55,209 nt of DNA from contig CALWKR010000020.1 in NCBI GenBank assembly GCA_944381315.1, positions 1 to 55,209 on the forward strand, in the 5' to 3' direction. The notes below the pieces were generated by a model. The model was not told the origin of the DNA. It searched no databases and saw only the letters and a program-made list of their open reading frames with translations. Positions 1 through 10,300 of the stretch are shown here, one piece after another. This DNA is from an uncultured Christensenellaceae bacterium (GTDB taxonomy: Bacteria > Bacillota > Clostridia > Christensenellales > UBA3700). Numbering within the stretch: position 1 is the first letter of the stretch; every line of letters begins with the position of its first letter. Made by a program: the position numbers and the translations under genes.

Positions 1-26
1 TTTGCGCGGTTAACGAATTTTTGCAT
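1..26 (-). CDS. 5' end of a gene running off the window, possibly an AAA/ATPase_2-type ATP-binding protein
   Basis: Minus strand GGAGG RBS, then ATG CAA AAA TTC GTT AAC CGC GCA (MQKFVNRA), resembling the M-x-F-V-N/G-R start of archaeal-type ATPases. TTGCAA-N16-TATAAT lies upstream. Confidence 0.45.
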
Positions 27-269
27 GGCGCACCTCCGAAATGCTTATATCTATATTATACTCAAAATTATAATAATTGCAAGTATAATCTTCCAGAACG
101 ATAAAATTATTTGTCGGTTCGCCAAAGGTTGATATCAGAGAACGGGTAAATGCGAATTGATTTATTGCGATAAATTTACCATAGTAACGTTATAAACAAC
201 CCGGAGAGAAACCGACAATCAATTAGTGCCAATGCTTATTACACTGAATTATGCTTTTTCGACGAAATT

Positions 270-346
270 TTGAAAAGTGTGATTTTATCCATTCATTTTT
301 ATTTGAAAAGTGTATATTTTGGTGTATATAGATACTTGAAAAGTGT
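270..346 (+). repeat. TTGAAAAGTGT x3 with exact 33-bp period
   Basis: Identical 11-mers at 270-280, 303-313 and 336-346. Confidence 0.9.
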
Positions 347-619
347 TTGCTATTTGTTTGCTATTACTTCGCGGAAACCACACGAAAACAGCCTTAAAAT
401 GGCTATTTTACCTTGTATTTGCCCTTAAAAAAGACTGCCTTTTACGCTCTAAAACGGTCTAAAACGCAAAAATAGCAAACGGAAGCAAACAAAACGGCAT
501 TTTTAGGTGTTTGCTATAAAAATCAGAACAGCCCCAAATTTGAAAATTTCTACTATATATTGTTGTCAATAGCAAACAATTTATCGAGATATTGTGGCGT
601 GTTTTTCCTTGGCGTATTT

Positions 620-676
620 TAGAGCACTTCCTTGGTAAGGACGAGGTCACCGGTTCGAATCCGGTTAGCAGCTCCA
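620..676 (+). pseudogene. 3' 57-nt fragment of tRNA-Thr(GGT), att core
   Basis: TAGAGCA-CTTCCTTGGTAAGGACG-AGGTC-ACCGGTTCGAATCCGGT-TAGCAGC-TCCA: anticodon GGT, T-arm, acceptor 3' strand and CCA present. The 5' acceptor strand (GCTGCTA) is absent upstream. Confidence 0.85.
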
Positions 677-677
677 T

Positions 678-710
678 AAAAATGCGACACATCTTCGTGT
701 CGTATTTTTT
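678..710 (+). terminator. Intrinsic terminator-like hairpin after the first tRNA fragment
   Basis: AAAAATGCGACAC-atcttc-GTGTCGTATTTTTT. Confidence 0.65.
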
Positions 711-807
711 ATGCAAACTGATACCGATATTCGAACAGGTGACCGAGTCCAAGGACGAAGCGCGACGCGTTAAGAAAACAGTCCGGTGGACTGTTTTTAG
801 CAAAGCG

Positions 808-832
808 GGTTCGAATCCGGTTAGCAGCTCCA
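808..832 (+). repeat. Second 25-bp duplication of the tRNA-Thr 3' end
   Basis: GGTTCGAATCCGGTTAGCAGCTCCA, identical to 652-676. Confidence 0.9.
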
Positions 833-1198
833 GACGAGAAACCACAAGATATTGTGGTTTTTCACATTTTTGCCCCTTAAAAACCACAACTCAATCGTAA
901 AAATGCACCATTACCAAAAGTTGTAGCAAACAAAATTTGCTACAACATATAATTATATCCTTAAATTTATACCACATTTGCGGCTAATTGCACTTTTCCT
1001 CAATCCGCCTGATTTTCGCCCTGCCTAAACCGCTCTAAAACTGCCTTTTTCGGGTGCGGTAGCAAATAATAGCAAACACCTTCTGCCCGATGTTTGCTTA
1101 AATCGGCAAAAAATTTTTCTCACTCAGCCAATAGAAATCCCTTCTTTTTTTGTGCGGTAGCAAATGGTAGCAAACAATTTTTTGGGGTAAGCAAGCAT

Positions 1199-1229
1199 AA
1201 AAAAAAGCCGCCGCACTCGGCGACGGCTT
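1199..1229 (-). terminator. Terminator-like hairpin for a minus-strand gene remnant
   Basis: A-tract plus AAGCCGCCG-cact-CGGCGACGGCTT. Confidence 0.55.
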
Positions 1230-1246
1230 GACTTACTTTTAGACAC

Positions 1247-1357
1247 CTATTTTTTGGGTTTGTCCTCGTCTATCGCTTTCAAAAGCTCGTCTATGGAAGA
1301 TACTCCGTATCCGCTCATCATATCGTTTATGCTGTTGGGATTGGATCTTGTGTTCTT
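1247..1357 (-). pseudogene. C-terminal remnant of an unknown gene (KNTRSNPNSINDMMSGYGVSSIDELLKAIDEDKPKK*)
   Basis: Protein-like C-terminus followed by a terminator. An in-frame stop lies ~26 nt upstream and there is no RBS. Confidence 0.35.
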
Positions 1358-1358
1358 G

Positions 1359-1589
1359 GTCGAACACAACAACAAAATCCTCTACCCCGTCGAGCGCATA
1401 GACAGGATAAACAAGGAGTTTGACAAGATAATCGAAGTCTGTCACAAAAACGCAGTAAAAACCATACAGGCGAATGCGGAGCTGATCAAAAATTTGATAC
1501 CCGAACTCGTGGACAAAAAGAACATCTTCAAAACAGAATGCGAGAAGATATTGCAGGACCTCGGCGGCATCAAAAAGCCCGAAGAGTGA
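1359..1589 (+). pseudogene. C-terminal remnant resembling an FtsH/peptidase M41 tail
   Basis: RINKEFDKIIEVCHKNAVKTIQANAELIKNLIPELVDKKNIFKTECEKIL matches the helical pattern of the M41 C-terminus. No credible start; strong hairpin follows at ~1607-1639. Confidence 0.4.
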
Positions 1590-1863
1590 GTGAGTCCTCA
1601 AATCGGGCACGAGGCGGAGCCAAAAGCTCCGCCTCGTGCTGTCGACAGACGAGGTATTCGATGTTTGCGCATACCTCGTTGATTTTGCTGATCGTCGTCG
1701 CTTTGTTGCTGCTTGCGTCTTTCTCTTTATTTTATAGAAAGCGCGGTAACTCTTCCATGCTTATGCGTTTCTCAAATTCTCAAATTTGTCGCACAGGCGC
1801 GAAATTTTGCGATCGAAAATTCGTGCCCGTGTCGATCGCGAAATAAATCGCTCTGTTTGCGGC

Positions 1864-4800
1864 TCATCCGTACAGGGCGTCGTATTTGGCACCGTTGGCG
1901 GCGTCGGCGGTTTGTTGAGCGAAGCTGTTGGGGCTGTCGTTGGGGTACATAAAGAAGCGGAAGTCCTGCGTGCCTGCGGCGAGGGGCAGGAAGTCTCCTT
2001 GGTCGAGCAAGACGGGGTCGTCGGACTCTTTGAGGATGGAGATGTTGACTTGGTAGACATTGAAGTCGGCGAGGTCGGGGTCGAGGTCGGAGAGGACGAC
2101 TTGGGCATAGTTTTTTCCGCCGCCGTACAGCGCTATCCCGCCGTGGACGACGTCGCCGTTGTCGGATGCGGCGATGATGTCGCCGTATTTGTCGGGAGCG
2201 AACGCTGCGGCGAAGCGGAGCATTGCGCCGAGGTCGAGGCTGAATCTGTCGATCTGCGAGTCTATCAATGTGGAGCTGTCGATGAGGTCAAGGCTTTTCC
2301 AATCATAGAGCCGCACGTCGCCTTTGAGGCGCAAGACGCTTGCGAACGACGTACCGCCCGTGCCTGCCCAGCCGTCGAAATCTACGCCCGACTCGGCGGC
2401 GTTGCGGGCGAGGACGGGCCCGGCGAAGTTGCTCTCGACGCCGATCGAAAAGAGTCCGCTCCTTTCGAGCACGCAATCTTCCACCGTGAGATCGGTCATC
2501 ACATAGCGGCTGTAAAAATAATCGTCTTGCCACAGCCCGTCAGTGCGCGGCGCATAGGGATCGCCCGACGCGTCGACGAGGTCGGGCTCGGCATTGGCAT
2601 ACAGATCGGCGGCGAGCGCGCGGTCGGAGCCGAGCTTGATCAAAAATTCTCTGCCCTGAGAGATCAGGCACTTTTCGATCGTCACGATCGCTCTGTCGGA
2701 GTCGGAGATAGGCGCGCCGTCCAACGCGTCGCGCATATAGTCGTTGCCCGACGTGTTGCCGCCGTAGACGCGTACCACGGTACGGCCGTTGCGGATGCGG
2801 CAGCTGCGGAGCGCGCAATCGGCGTTGACTTCGAGCACCGTGCCGACATTGTTGAGTTTTTCGAGCTTGGTCTGCCCGTCCTCCTCTATCGCGGCATCGC
2901 TGCAGCCGAGCAAGGTGACGTTGGAGATCTCCACGCCGTCGGTGCGGATCAAGAATGCGGAATTGTCCTGCCCTGCGACGGACGCGGAATCGCCGAGGCT
3001 GACGAAGTCGAGCGGGCCTTTGAACAAAAGCGGCATGCCCGTGCCGTCGGCGGCCGTCGTGAACAGTTCGGCATTGAGCGTATGCCCGTTGCCGTAGAGA
3101 TCGTTTTTGAATTCCAAGACATAGTTGATGACGGCTTCGCTCTCCCTGCCGGTGTTGGAATAGAATTCGGCATTGTAGGTCGATCTCATGCTTCCGAGCC
3201 GCGCGCGCATTGCGGAGACGTTGCCTCCAAACTCCTCGCCGAGCATGATATCCGCGTCGAGCACGATCGCGAGACCTTTGTCGGCGGCGTCGAACACCTG
3301 CGCCGACGTAGTGCATGAGACGGCGTCGGCGGCGACTTTAAGCGTGATCGACGAGGCGACGTTCCTGCCGAAAGCGCCGTTGCCCTTCCATGCGGCGGTG
3401 ACGGTGACTTCGCCGTTCTCGACGGGGCGAAGAGAAACGGAATTGCCGTCCGTCACAAGCTCGGCGATCGCCGGATCGGAGACTGAGAATTCGAGATCGT
3501 CGACGCAATCGGCTATCGGCCGAGCGCCGAAAAACGCGCGCAGATCGAAAGTAAACGTATTGGACACGGTCTTGCCGTCGCGATATGCCGAGCCCGCTAT
3601 GACGAGCTCGCGCGCCAAGCCGAGATCGGTGCGGTCTGCGATCTGAACAGACGTCAGCTCGTCGATCGCCGAGATCTGAATCTCTATCGGATAGACGTCG
3701 AGCGGATAGCCGCCGCGCGTCGGCCTAACGACGAGTTTGAACGACGCCGCGCTGCTCGCGCCTATCGTGCAGCTGTCGCCGTGCGTCTCGATCGATATGT
3801 CGTCCGAAGTGGCATCCTCGATCGTCCAAACGTATTCTACATCGTCGGCGAGCACGGACGGCACGGCAAAGAACGTGACTTCTCCGCCCGTCAAAATGAC
3901 GGCGTCCGCGCCCTGTACGGGCAACGTGGACGACACAGAGAAAGCGAAGTCGGCGTTCGCGATAGCAACGGTCGCGCTGCCATCGGCGCCGCAGACTTGG
4001 ATCTCGATGTTGTCGGGCCTGTCGGGAGCAAGTATCGCGTCGACACGGTAGCAATGCTCGCCTGCTCCGTCGATTTGAGTTATCGTTTTTGAAGATATGT
4101 ATTCGCTTTTTAGCTCGATCTCGCTCTTTGCCTGCACAAAGAAGGAGATGTCGGAGCTGCCGCTCTCGACGGCAAGAGAGGCGTTTGCAGAACCGTTGAC
4201 GACAATGCCCGACACCGTCTCGGGGACGCTCACGTCCACGGTCACACTGTGCGAAATGGCGCCGAACGCGCCGTCTTGCACGCAAAAATCCAAAGTCGTC
4301 CTGCCCGAGAACGGGAATGTCAGCGTGCCTGCTTGAACGACGGCGAAGCCTGACGTCACCTGCACTTGCGCCTCGGCGAAACCTGCCGGGACGGCGTCTG
4401 TTCCATAGGCATATGCGCCTGCGGCAACAGAGGCATACAGTCCGTCGGAGGACGACGTCAGCAACTGGACGTCGTCGCCGACGGCGGTCAAAGACAATTC
4501 AAAGTCATACGGCTTGGACGAGGACGCAAGCACGACGAAGCTGTCGGTATAGCCGCCGTCCTTGGTCGCTACGACTACGCGCGCGGAGCCTGCGCTCTTT
4601 GCCGTCACTCTGCCGTGTTCGTCGACGGACACGTCGGCGAGGGGCGCACCCTCGACTGCCTCGACGCGATAGACGACGCTCTTGTCGCTCGCGTTTTCGG
4701 GTGTGACGAGCGCGTCAATGACAAAGTCTTCTTGAGGATCGGCGATGTCTATCGCGAGCACGTCCCCGTCCGGAGCGTTGAGGATCTCGACGCCGTTGAC

Positions 4801-4902
4801 GGCGATGGACACGCCGAGCCCTGCGACTTGCCCCGATGAAAATACCGCAAACACGAACAGCAGCGGCAATATCAGCATCAAAGCCACTACGGTCTTCCTC
4901 AC
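1864..4902 (-). CDS. 1012-aa N-terminally anchored surface protein with Ig-like (Big_2-type) domains and a probable C-terminal beta-helix-like domain
   Basis: N-terminal hydrophobic helix; VTPENASDKSVVY...G.VTAKSAGSARVVVATKDGG and FSVSDPAIAEL...GEVTVTA Big_2 signatures; 4-bp overlap with the upstream permease. Confidence 0.8.
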   Translation of the reverse strand: MRKTVVALMLILPLLFVFAVFSSGQVAGLGVSIAVNGVEILNAPDGDVLAIDIADPQEDFVIDALVTPENASDKSVVYRVEAVEGAPLADVSVDEHGRVTAKSAGSARVVVATKDGGYTDSFVVLASSSKPYDFELSLTAVGDDVQLLTSSSDGLYASVAAGAYAYGTDAVPAGFAEAQVQVTSGFAVVQAGTLTFPFSGRTTLDFCVQDGAFGAISHSVTVDVSVPETVSGIVVNGSANASLAVESGSSDISFFVQAKSEIELKSEYISSKTITQIDGAGEHCYRVDAILAPDRPDNIEIQVCGADGSATVAIANADFAFSVSSTLPVQGADAVILTGGEVTFFAVPSVLADDVEYVWTIEDATSDDISIETHGDSCTIGASSAASFKLVVRPTRGGYPLDVYPIEIQISAIDELTSVQIADRTDLGLARELVIAGSAYRDGKTVSNTFTFDLRAFFGARPIADCVDDLEFSVSDPAIAELVTDGNSVSLRPVENGEVTVTAAWKGNGAFGRNVASSITLKVAADAVSCTTSAQVFDAADKGLAIVLDADIMLGEEFGGNVSAMRARLGSMRSTYNAEFYSNTGRESEAVINYVLEFKNDLYGNGHTLNAELFTTAADGTGMPLLFKGPLDFVSLGDSASVAGQDNSAFLIRTDGVEISNVTLLGCSDAAIEEDGQTKLEKLNNVGTVLEVNADCALRSCRIRNGRTVVRVYGGNTSGNDYMRDALDGAPISDSDRAIVTIEKCLISQGREFLIKLGSDRALAADLYANAEPDLVDASGDPYAPRTDGLWQDDYFYSRYVMTDLTVEDCVLERSGLFSIGVESNFAGPVLARNAAESGVDFDGWAGTGGTSFASVLRLKGDVRLYDWKSLDLIDSSTLIDSQIDRFSLDLGAMLRFAAAFAPDKYGDIIAASDNGDVVHGGIALYGGGKNYAQVVLSDLDPDLADFNVYQVNISILKESDDPVLLDQGDFLPLAAGTQDFRFFMYPNDSPNSFAQQTADAANGAKYDALYG

Positions 4903-6584
4903 AGCACGCCTCCTTCAAAGCGATAGTAACGTTCTTTGAGCCTAAATACAAGGAATATCCAGCCGCCTGCAGCGGCGACGACGGCGAGCGCTCCGCCGAT
5001 CAAATATGTCAAGAAGCCGTACTCCTGCGCAAGTCCGCGCAGCGATAGCGCCATTCTCGACGCGAGGACCGCGCCGCCGACGGCGAACGCAGTCAGCATA
5101 CCGACAACGACGACGAGGGCTGCGGTGTTGCTCTGCTCCTTGATCTCGCCGTCCGGTTGGGAAGAAAACTTGGCATGATCGAAGTCTATCCTCGTCGCGA
5201 AGCAGATCTGCGAAAAAGAGAATGCGCTCGCAACGGCGAAGACGAACAGCGCGTGCAAGACGTCGAGTCCTCCGGCAGCGCAAAGCAATATCGCCGTGAG
5301 CAGCTGCGAGAGCACGGCGACGACGAGACACAGCAATACCTTGGAGAACACGACGGAGCGATAGCCGAGCGGCATCACCTTGACGGAGTAGAACATCATT
5401 CCGTCGCGGCTTATGTTGGTCGTGCAGAACACGTTGGCGAGCGAGCCGAACAACAGCGACAAAAACAGCGCCAGCTCCAAGTCGCACGATATGCCGATCA
5501 GGCGCACGACGAGCGCGGAGCTTATCGACATGCAGAAGTAGACCAAAAGAGGCACGACGAGCGCGACCGAGAAGTAGGAGAACATATAGTCGGGAGTGCG
5601 GAAGATCAGCAAAAATTCCTTTTTTATCAAAGCTGCGAGCGGCGACAGAGCACGCCTCTGCGCCCTCGCCGTCAAGTGTCGGACGCCGCCGGAAGAGACT
5701 TGAGCTTTGAGCGCGCGCGTCAATATAAGCTTGATGAAGATCAGCGACAGGGCGAAGCATACGACGAGCACCGCCGCTATGACGAGCGCAGAAGACAGCA
5801 CGTCCTTGCCCGTGAGCAACGCAGCGAAGAGATCCGCAGGATGCAGCCATGCGACTACGGCGGCTATCTTTGCCATCACCGCGTCGTTGAAAAAGTAGCG
5901 CAAGTCCTCGCCGAGCAGCATAGAGCTGACCAATCTCAGCAGATAGGCATAGGCGAACAGCAACGCGGCGGTGACGAGAGTTATCAGCACGAACGTCGCC
6001 GCAAATCTGTCTTTGAGCAACACTTTGAGCGCGTGGATCGGCAGCGCCAAAACGGACGCTATGCCGACCGACAGCATCGGCAACAGCGGACACGACAGCG
6101 CGGTGACGAGCCAAAAGTACCACTCCACGCTCGCGTGGGCGGCGACGGTGATGTTGGCGGTCAACACGCAGACGGTGCAGACGAGCGTCTGCCTGGCATA
6201 GATGACGATCGCCTTTGCGGCGAAGATCGTATTGGCGCCTATCGGGAGCGCGGAAAAGATCCTGACGTCCTCGCTCGAAAACAGCTCGCGCTCGAGCGCC
6301 GTCATCGCTCCTATCACTGTCAGCGCCATGATCGCGGCATAGACCATCGTCATCAGTTCGAACGCTCGCGTCAACGGCGCCGGCTCGCCGTCCGTCGTCA
6401 CAGCGAGATAGACGTCGGCGAAGTCGCCGAAAAAGACGACGAAGATCGCGATCAGCGCGACGATGAGCAACGTCCTGACGGCAAAGCCGACGACGTTGAA
6501 GTTGCCCTTGGCGAACGAAGCGGCGCTCTCGCAAAACTGCTTGCGCAGCAGCGCGCCGAGGACTTTGCGGCTTTCAGCTTTCAT
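4899..6584 (-). CDS. ABC exporter-type multi-pass permease (561 aa)
   Basis: About 14 hydrophobic segments; LF.SED..IFSALPI and ISRDG..FY.VK.MP.....VVFSK motifs; overlaps the ATPase gene. Confidence 0.85.
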   Translation of the reverse strand: MKAESRKVLGALLRKQFCESAASFAKGNFNVVGFAVRTLLIVALIAIFVVFFGDFADVYLAVTTDGEPAPLTRAFELMTMVYAAIMALTVIGAMTALERELFSSEDVRIFSALPIGANTIFAAKAIVIYARQTLVCTVCVLTANITVAAHASVEWYFWLVTALSCPLLPMLSVGIASVLALPIHALKVLLKDRFAATFVLITLVTAALLFAYAYLLRLVSSMLLGEDLRYFFNDAVMAKIAAVVAWLHPADLFAALLTGKDVLSSALVIAAVLVVCFALSLIFIKLILTRALKAQVSSGGVRHLTARAQRRALSPLAALIKKEFLLIFRTPDYMFSYFSVALVVPLLVYFCMSISSALVVRLIGISCDLELALFLSLLFGSLANVFCTTNISRDGMMFYSVKVMPLGYRSVVFSKVLLCLVVAVLSQLLTAILLCAAGGLDVLHALFVFAVASAFSFSQICFATRIDFDHAKFSSQPDGEIKEQSNTAALVVVVGMLTAFAVGGAVLASRMALSLRGLAQEYGFLTYLIGGALAVVAAAGGWIFLVFRLKERYYRFEGGVL

Positions 6585-7311
6585 TGCTCAGATAGTACTC
6601 CTCAAAGTCAAAATCGGGATCGCTCGCGGCGATCTCGCGCACATTGAGATCGGACACCTGTTTGCCCTTGCGGATCAGCACGACGCGATCGCACAATTTG
6701 GCGACGGTATCGAGCGCGTGCGACGAGAAGAGTATCCCGTTGCCGCTCTTTGCATAATCGGTCATAAGCTCGCGCACCGCCCTCATCGTGCGCGGATCGA
6801 GCCCCGTCATCGGCTCGTCGAGCACCCACAGCTTGGGACGATGGACAAGCGAGCCCATCATGCATATCTTCTGTCTCATGCCGTGCGAATAGGACGCGAT
6901 CAGATCGCGCACGCTGTCGCCGAGAGCAAAGACGCTCTCGAGCTCGCGATAGCGCTCTTTGCGCACGCCGACGGGCACCTTGTAGACGTCGCAGATAAAG
7001 TCGAGATATTGGACGCCCGTCATCTTGACGAACACGGCGTGGTCGTCGGTGACGAATCCCATCTGCGACTTGGCTCCTATCGGGTCGCGGACGATGTCTC
7101 GGCCGCAGATAGAGATGTTGCCGCGATCGAACGGCAACATGCCTTCCAGACAGCGCAAAGTAGTGCTCTTGCCTGCGCCGTTGTGTCCGAGCAAGCCGAC
7201 TATCTCGCCGGCTTTGACGTCAAAGGACACATCCTCGACAGCCCACTCTGCGCGTTTGCCGTACTTCTTGAACAGCCTGTCTACCTTGACGATCTCGTCG
7301 CTCATGCCCAC
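6574..7311 (-). CDS. ABC transporter ATP-binding protein
   Basis: Walker A GHNGAGKST, signature YSHGMRQK, Walker B WVLDEP, H-loop SSH. Confidence 0.95.
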   Translation of the reverse strand: MGMSDEIVKVDRLFKKYGKRAEWAVEDVSFDVKAGEIVGLLGHNGAGKSTTLRCLEGMLPFDRGNISICGRDIVRDPIGAKSQMGFVTDDHAVFVKMTGVQYLDFICDVYKVPVGVRKERYRELESVFALGDSVRDLIASYSHGMRQKICMMGSLVHRPKLWVLDEPMTGLDPRTMRAVRELMTDYAKSGNGILFSSHALDTVAKLCDRVVLIRKGKQVSDLNVREIAASDPDFDFEEYYLSNES

Positions 7312-10300
7312 ACTCCTTGGGTGCAGACATATGTCTTGCCGGCAGTCACGTCGGCAGGAGCATAGCCGTCGCCGCTCTTGTTTTCGAGCTTGGCGGTAAA
7401 TGTTATGTCGTAAGTACTGCTATCAAACAAACTTGTAGCATAATCTTCCTTTATCGTCCCCGAAAGCTCCGCTCCCGAGTTGACGACCAGCTTGCCGCCG
7501 TCCTCGCCGTAAGTGCCGATAGCGAACACGGATCCCGAATTTACGTTTACCGTTCCGCCGACGACGAGCGTCGCAGCAGAGGAAGTCGTGTACGAAGGCG
7601 TGGGCGTGATCCTGTGCGTCTTGGCGAAGATGCTGTGCGGATAGCCTCTATTCAGCGTGCCGTCCACCCAAGTCGTCTTGTCGGAAGGCAGTGTGAAGTT
7701 GCCGTCGCTGAGTCCGTACAAATTGCCGCTGACATTGAGAGTCGCGCCCTGCTCGACGACAAGCTCGGCGCCGGGCAGCATCTTGATCTGCACGTCGGCG
7801 GGTATCGTCGCGGTGCTGCCATCCTTGACACTGAGTTTGAAATGTCCGGCAAGCGGAACTTGCAGTCCCTCGGTGGACATGTTATATATCGACGAAATCG
7901 ATACACTCAAATTGTTGAATGTACTGCTGCCGTACAGATCGAAATGCACGTCGCCGTTCTTTTCGTCTACATATTTTACTAGCTTACCGCTGTCCAATTG
8001 CATAAACGCATCGCTGGTGTCCGAAACAAAATCAACATCCGCTGTTTGAATACCCGCAGCATCAACAACTGCGGACGCCTTGTACTGCGCGCCGCTCTCG
8101 ATCGTACTCTTGGCGATCAAGCTGTTGAGCGTGAACTGATTGATCGGGAAGACTTTTCTCATTATCGCAACCGAAATTGAACCGCCCTTCCAGCCATAGA
8201 GATTGAAGGTCTCATAGAGATTTGAGCCGCTCTTGAAAGTCAGCTCGCCGTCGCCGTAGATAAAGCCGTAGACATATGTCGACGAGCCGCTCTCGGCGAC
8301 GATCGTCGCGCCCTCCTGCACCTCGATGTCGCCGTGCGCGACGGGGGAGCCGGAATACGAGCCGCCGACCGTAGCCCTCTGCGCGTGCGCTCTCAAAGTG
8401 CCGTTGACGACAAGATGCGTGCCCTCGGGCAGCGTCAGCAATACATATGGATCTGCGGTCACTCCTGCGGAATTGCTGACGGTATCCTTTGCGCTGTTGG
8501 TATAGTCGGCGCTGAAAGGCACAAGCAGCTCAACTCCGCTCTTGATCGTGCGATAGCCGTCGCCGACATAGGCGATGTCTCTGACGTCGGGATGAGCGAA
8601 CGAAGTGTCGTGCGCGATGATGACTTGACCATCGGTAGCGACGTTGAGAGCGTCCTCGATCGTATAGAGCGCATCGCCGACTTTGACGGACTTGATCTTG
8701 ATCGGCACGATTGCGCTTTTTGTGCCGTTGGCGAACACGGGCTCGTAAAAGTCCATCGTGCCGTCCAGGGTGAGATCTATCGGATAGGTGCCGCCGACGG
8801 CGGTGTTGACGCGGTCGGAAGAGACTGTTATCATCTGCGACGGGAGCTCGCGGACGACGCCGCTCTCATCGACTGAGGTATATGCCAAAGAGAGCTCGGG
8901 CAAAGCCGCGCCATACTCGATCTCGAAGGTATTGGCGACGGTGACGGTCAGGCGCTCCTTGCGAGCGTCGAAGTCGACGGTGAGCGGATATGGCTCATAG
9001 TGCTGCGGATCGCCGCACCAGGTGAGCTCGACAGATTTGTTGGCTCCGACGGCATAGCTCTCGCTCGGGTATGTCCACGCAAAGCCTTCATTGAGCACGA
9101 TGTCGGCGAGAGTCTTGTCGGCGCCAGCAACGATGTCGTCGTTTGCAAAGACATCTGTCGGGACGTCGCTCTCGTCATAGAGCGCCTTGATAGTGTCGAC
9201 GCTGACTGTCAGCTCTGCGTCCGTCCAGTTGTTAGACTCGGCGACGACGAGCGTGAACGAATGCTTCCCGACGCTGTCCACGATCGCGGACGAGCCGTCG
9301 GAAAGCTCGACCGTGCCGAACTTCGCCGTGACGTTGGAGCGCCAGTCTATCGTCTCGCCCCAGCTGTATGTACCCCACTCGCCAATCGTTTCGATGGCGT
9401 TTTGGGCAGGGCTGATGCGAGCGTTATATCTGCCGCTATAATCTTGATAGTTGGGCGCGGAGATCGCATAGTAGACGGTGTAATCGCCTGCATCGGTCGC
9501 CGTCGGCACGCTTTCCGTCATCGCGTCCTCGCTCAAGCCGTAGACGATCGTCAAGCCCTCGGGCGCGTTGTTGACGACGATGCCGTTGCCGAGAGCGATC
9601 GCGTTGCCGTTGTACTCTGCTTCGAAGTCGTCTATCTGCCCTATCCCGAACGGGATAGCCTCTACGCTCACAACGACGTCTATCTCAAAGACGAAGTTGT
9701 CGGTGACGTCCTCGCCGTCCGAGACGACTCTCGGCTCGACGGTCCAATCGAACATATCCTCGTGCAACGCGTATTTGTATTCGCCGACGTCGGCGCCGCT
9801 CATCGTGAGCGTACCGACAAACGAATGCCCGTCGGGCAGCGTCGGCGCAAAGTCGGACTTGCTCCAAGCCGCGCCGGCATTGACCGTCGAGCTCGCCCGG
9901 ATCGCCGCGCGATACGGCTCGACGCTCAAACTCGCGGTCTGATATTCTATGATATAGTTGGCGGCGCTCAGCCCGCTCATCACGACCGAATAGTCTCCGA
10001 CGGGAAGTAGTCCTTGCGGCGCCTGCTCTCCCTGCGCGTCGACGATGACGTAGTCGGCATCGCCTGTGACTGCGTCGTCGAAGTCGTCCCCTTGCACGAT
10101 GCCGAGATAGGACATAAACACGGACGGCTCGTCGCCGTAGTCAATTCTCGACGCCGTGACGGGAGTGATCGTCAACGTCGCGACAGTCACGTTGAAGTCA
10201 GATTCTGCGTCTGCGATCGTATAGTTGCTCGCGCTCCAGCCGGACGCAGTGACTTTGTGCTCGCCGACATCCAGCAAGCCGCTCGCGGACATATCGGGAT

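Larger units (their letters stand above)
344..1176. mobile_element. Integrative-element junction (att region) with arm-type TAGCAAA(C/T) repeats flanking tRNA-Thr 3' duplications
   Basis: TGTTTGCTATT tandem at 344-365; copies at 471-480, 508-517, 568-578; inverted pair 920-946; tandem pairs 1058-1078 and 1156-1176. AT-rich compared with the rest of the window. Confidence 0.75.

Noticed and set aside
270-346. Mini CRISPR array
   Set aside because: Repeats are only 11 bp with 22-nt AT-rich spacers, and there are no cas genes in the window.
601-676. Intact tRNA-Thr gene
   Set aside because: The 5' acceptor strand and first half of the D-arm are missing; only a 3' att fragment is present.
459-900. 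ORFs 459-887 (-) and 592-900 (+)
   Set aside because: They are translations of the tRNA duplications and att repeats, with no RBS or domain motifs.
1650-1860. Small ORFs between the FtsH-like remnant and the 1012-aa gene
   Set aside because: No RBS, they overlap hairpins, and they have no motifs.
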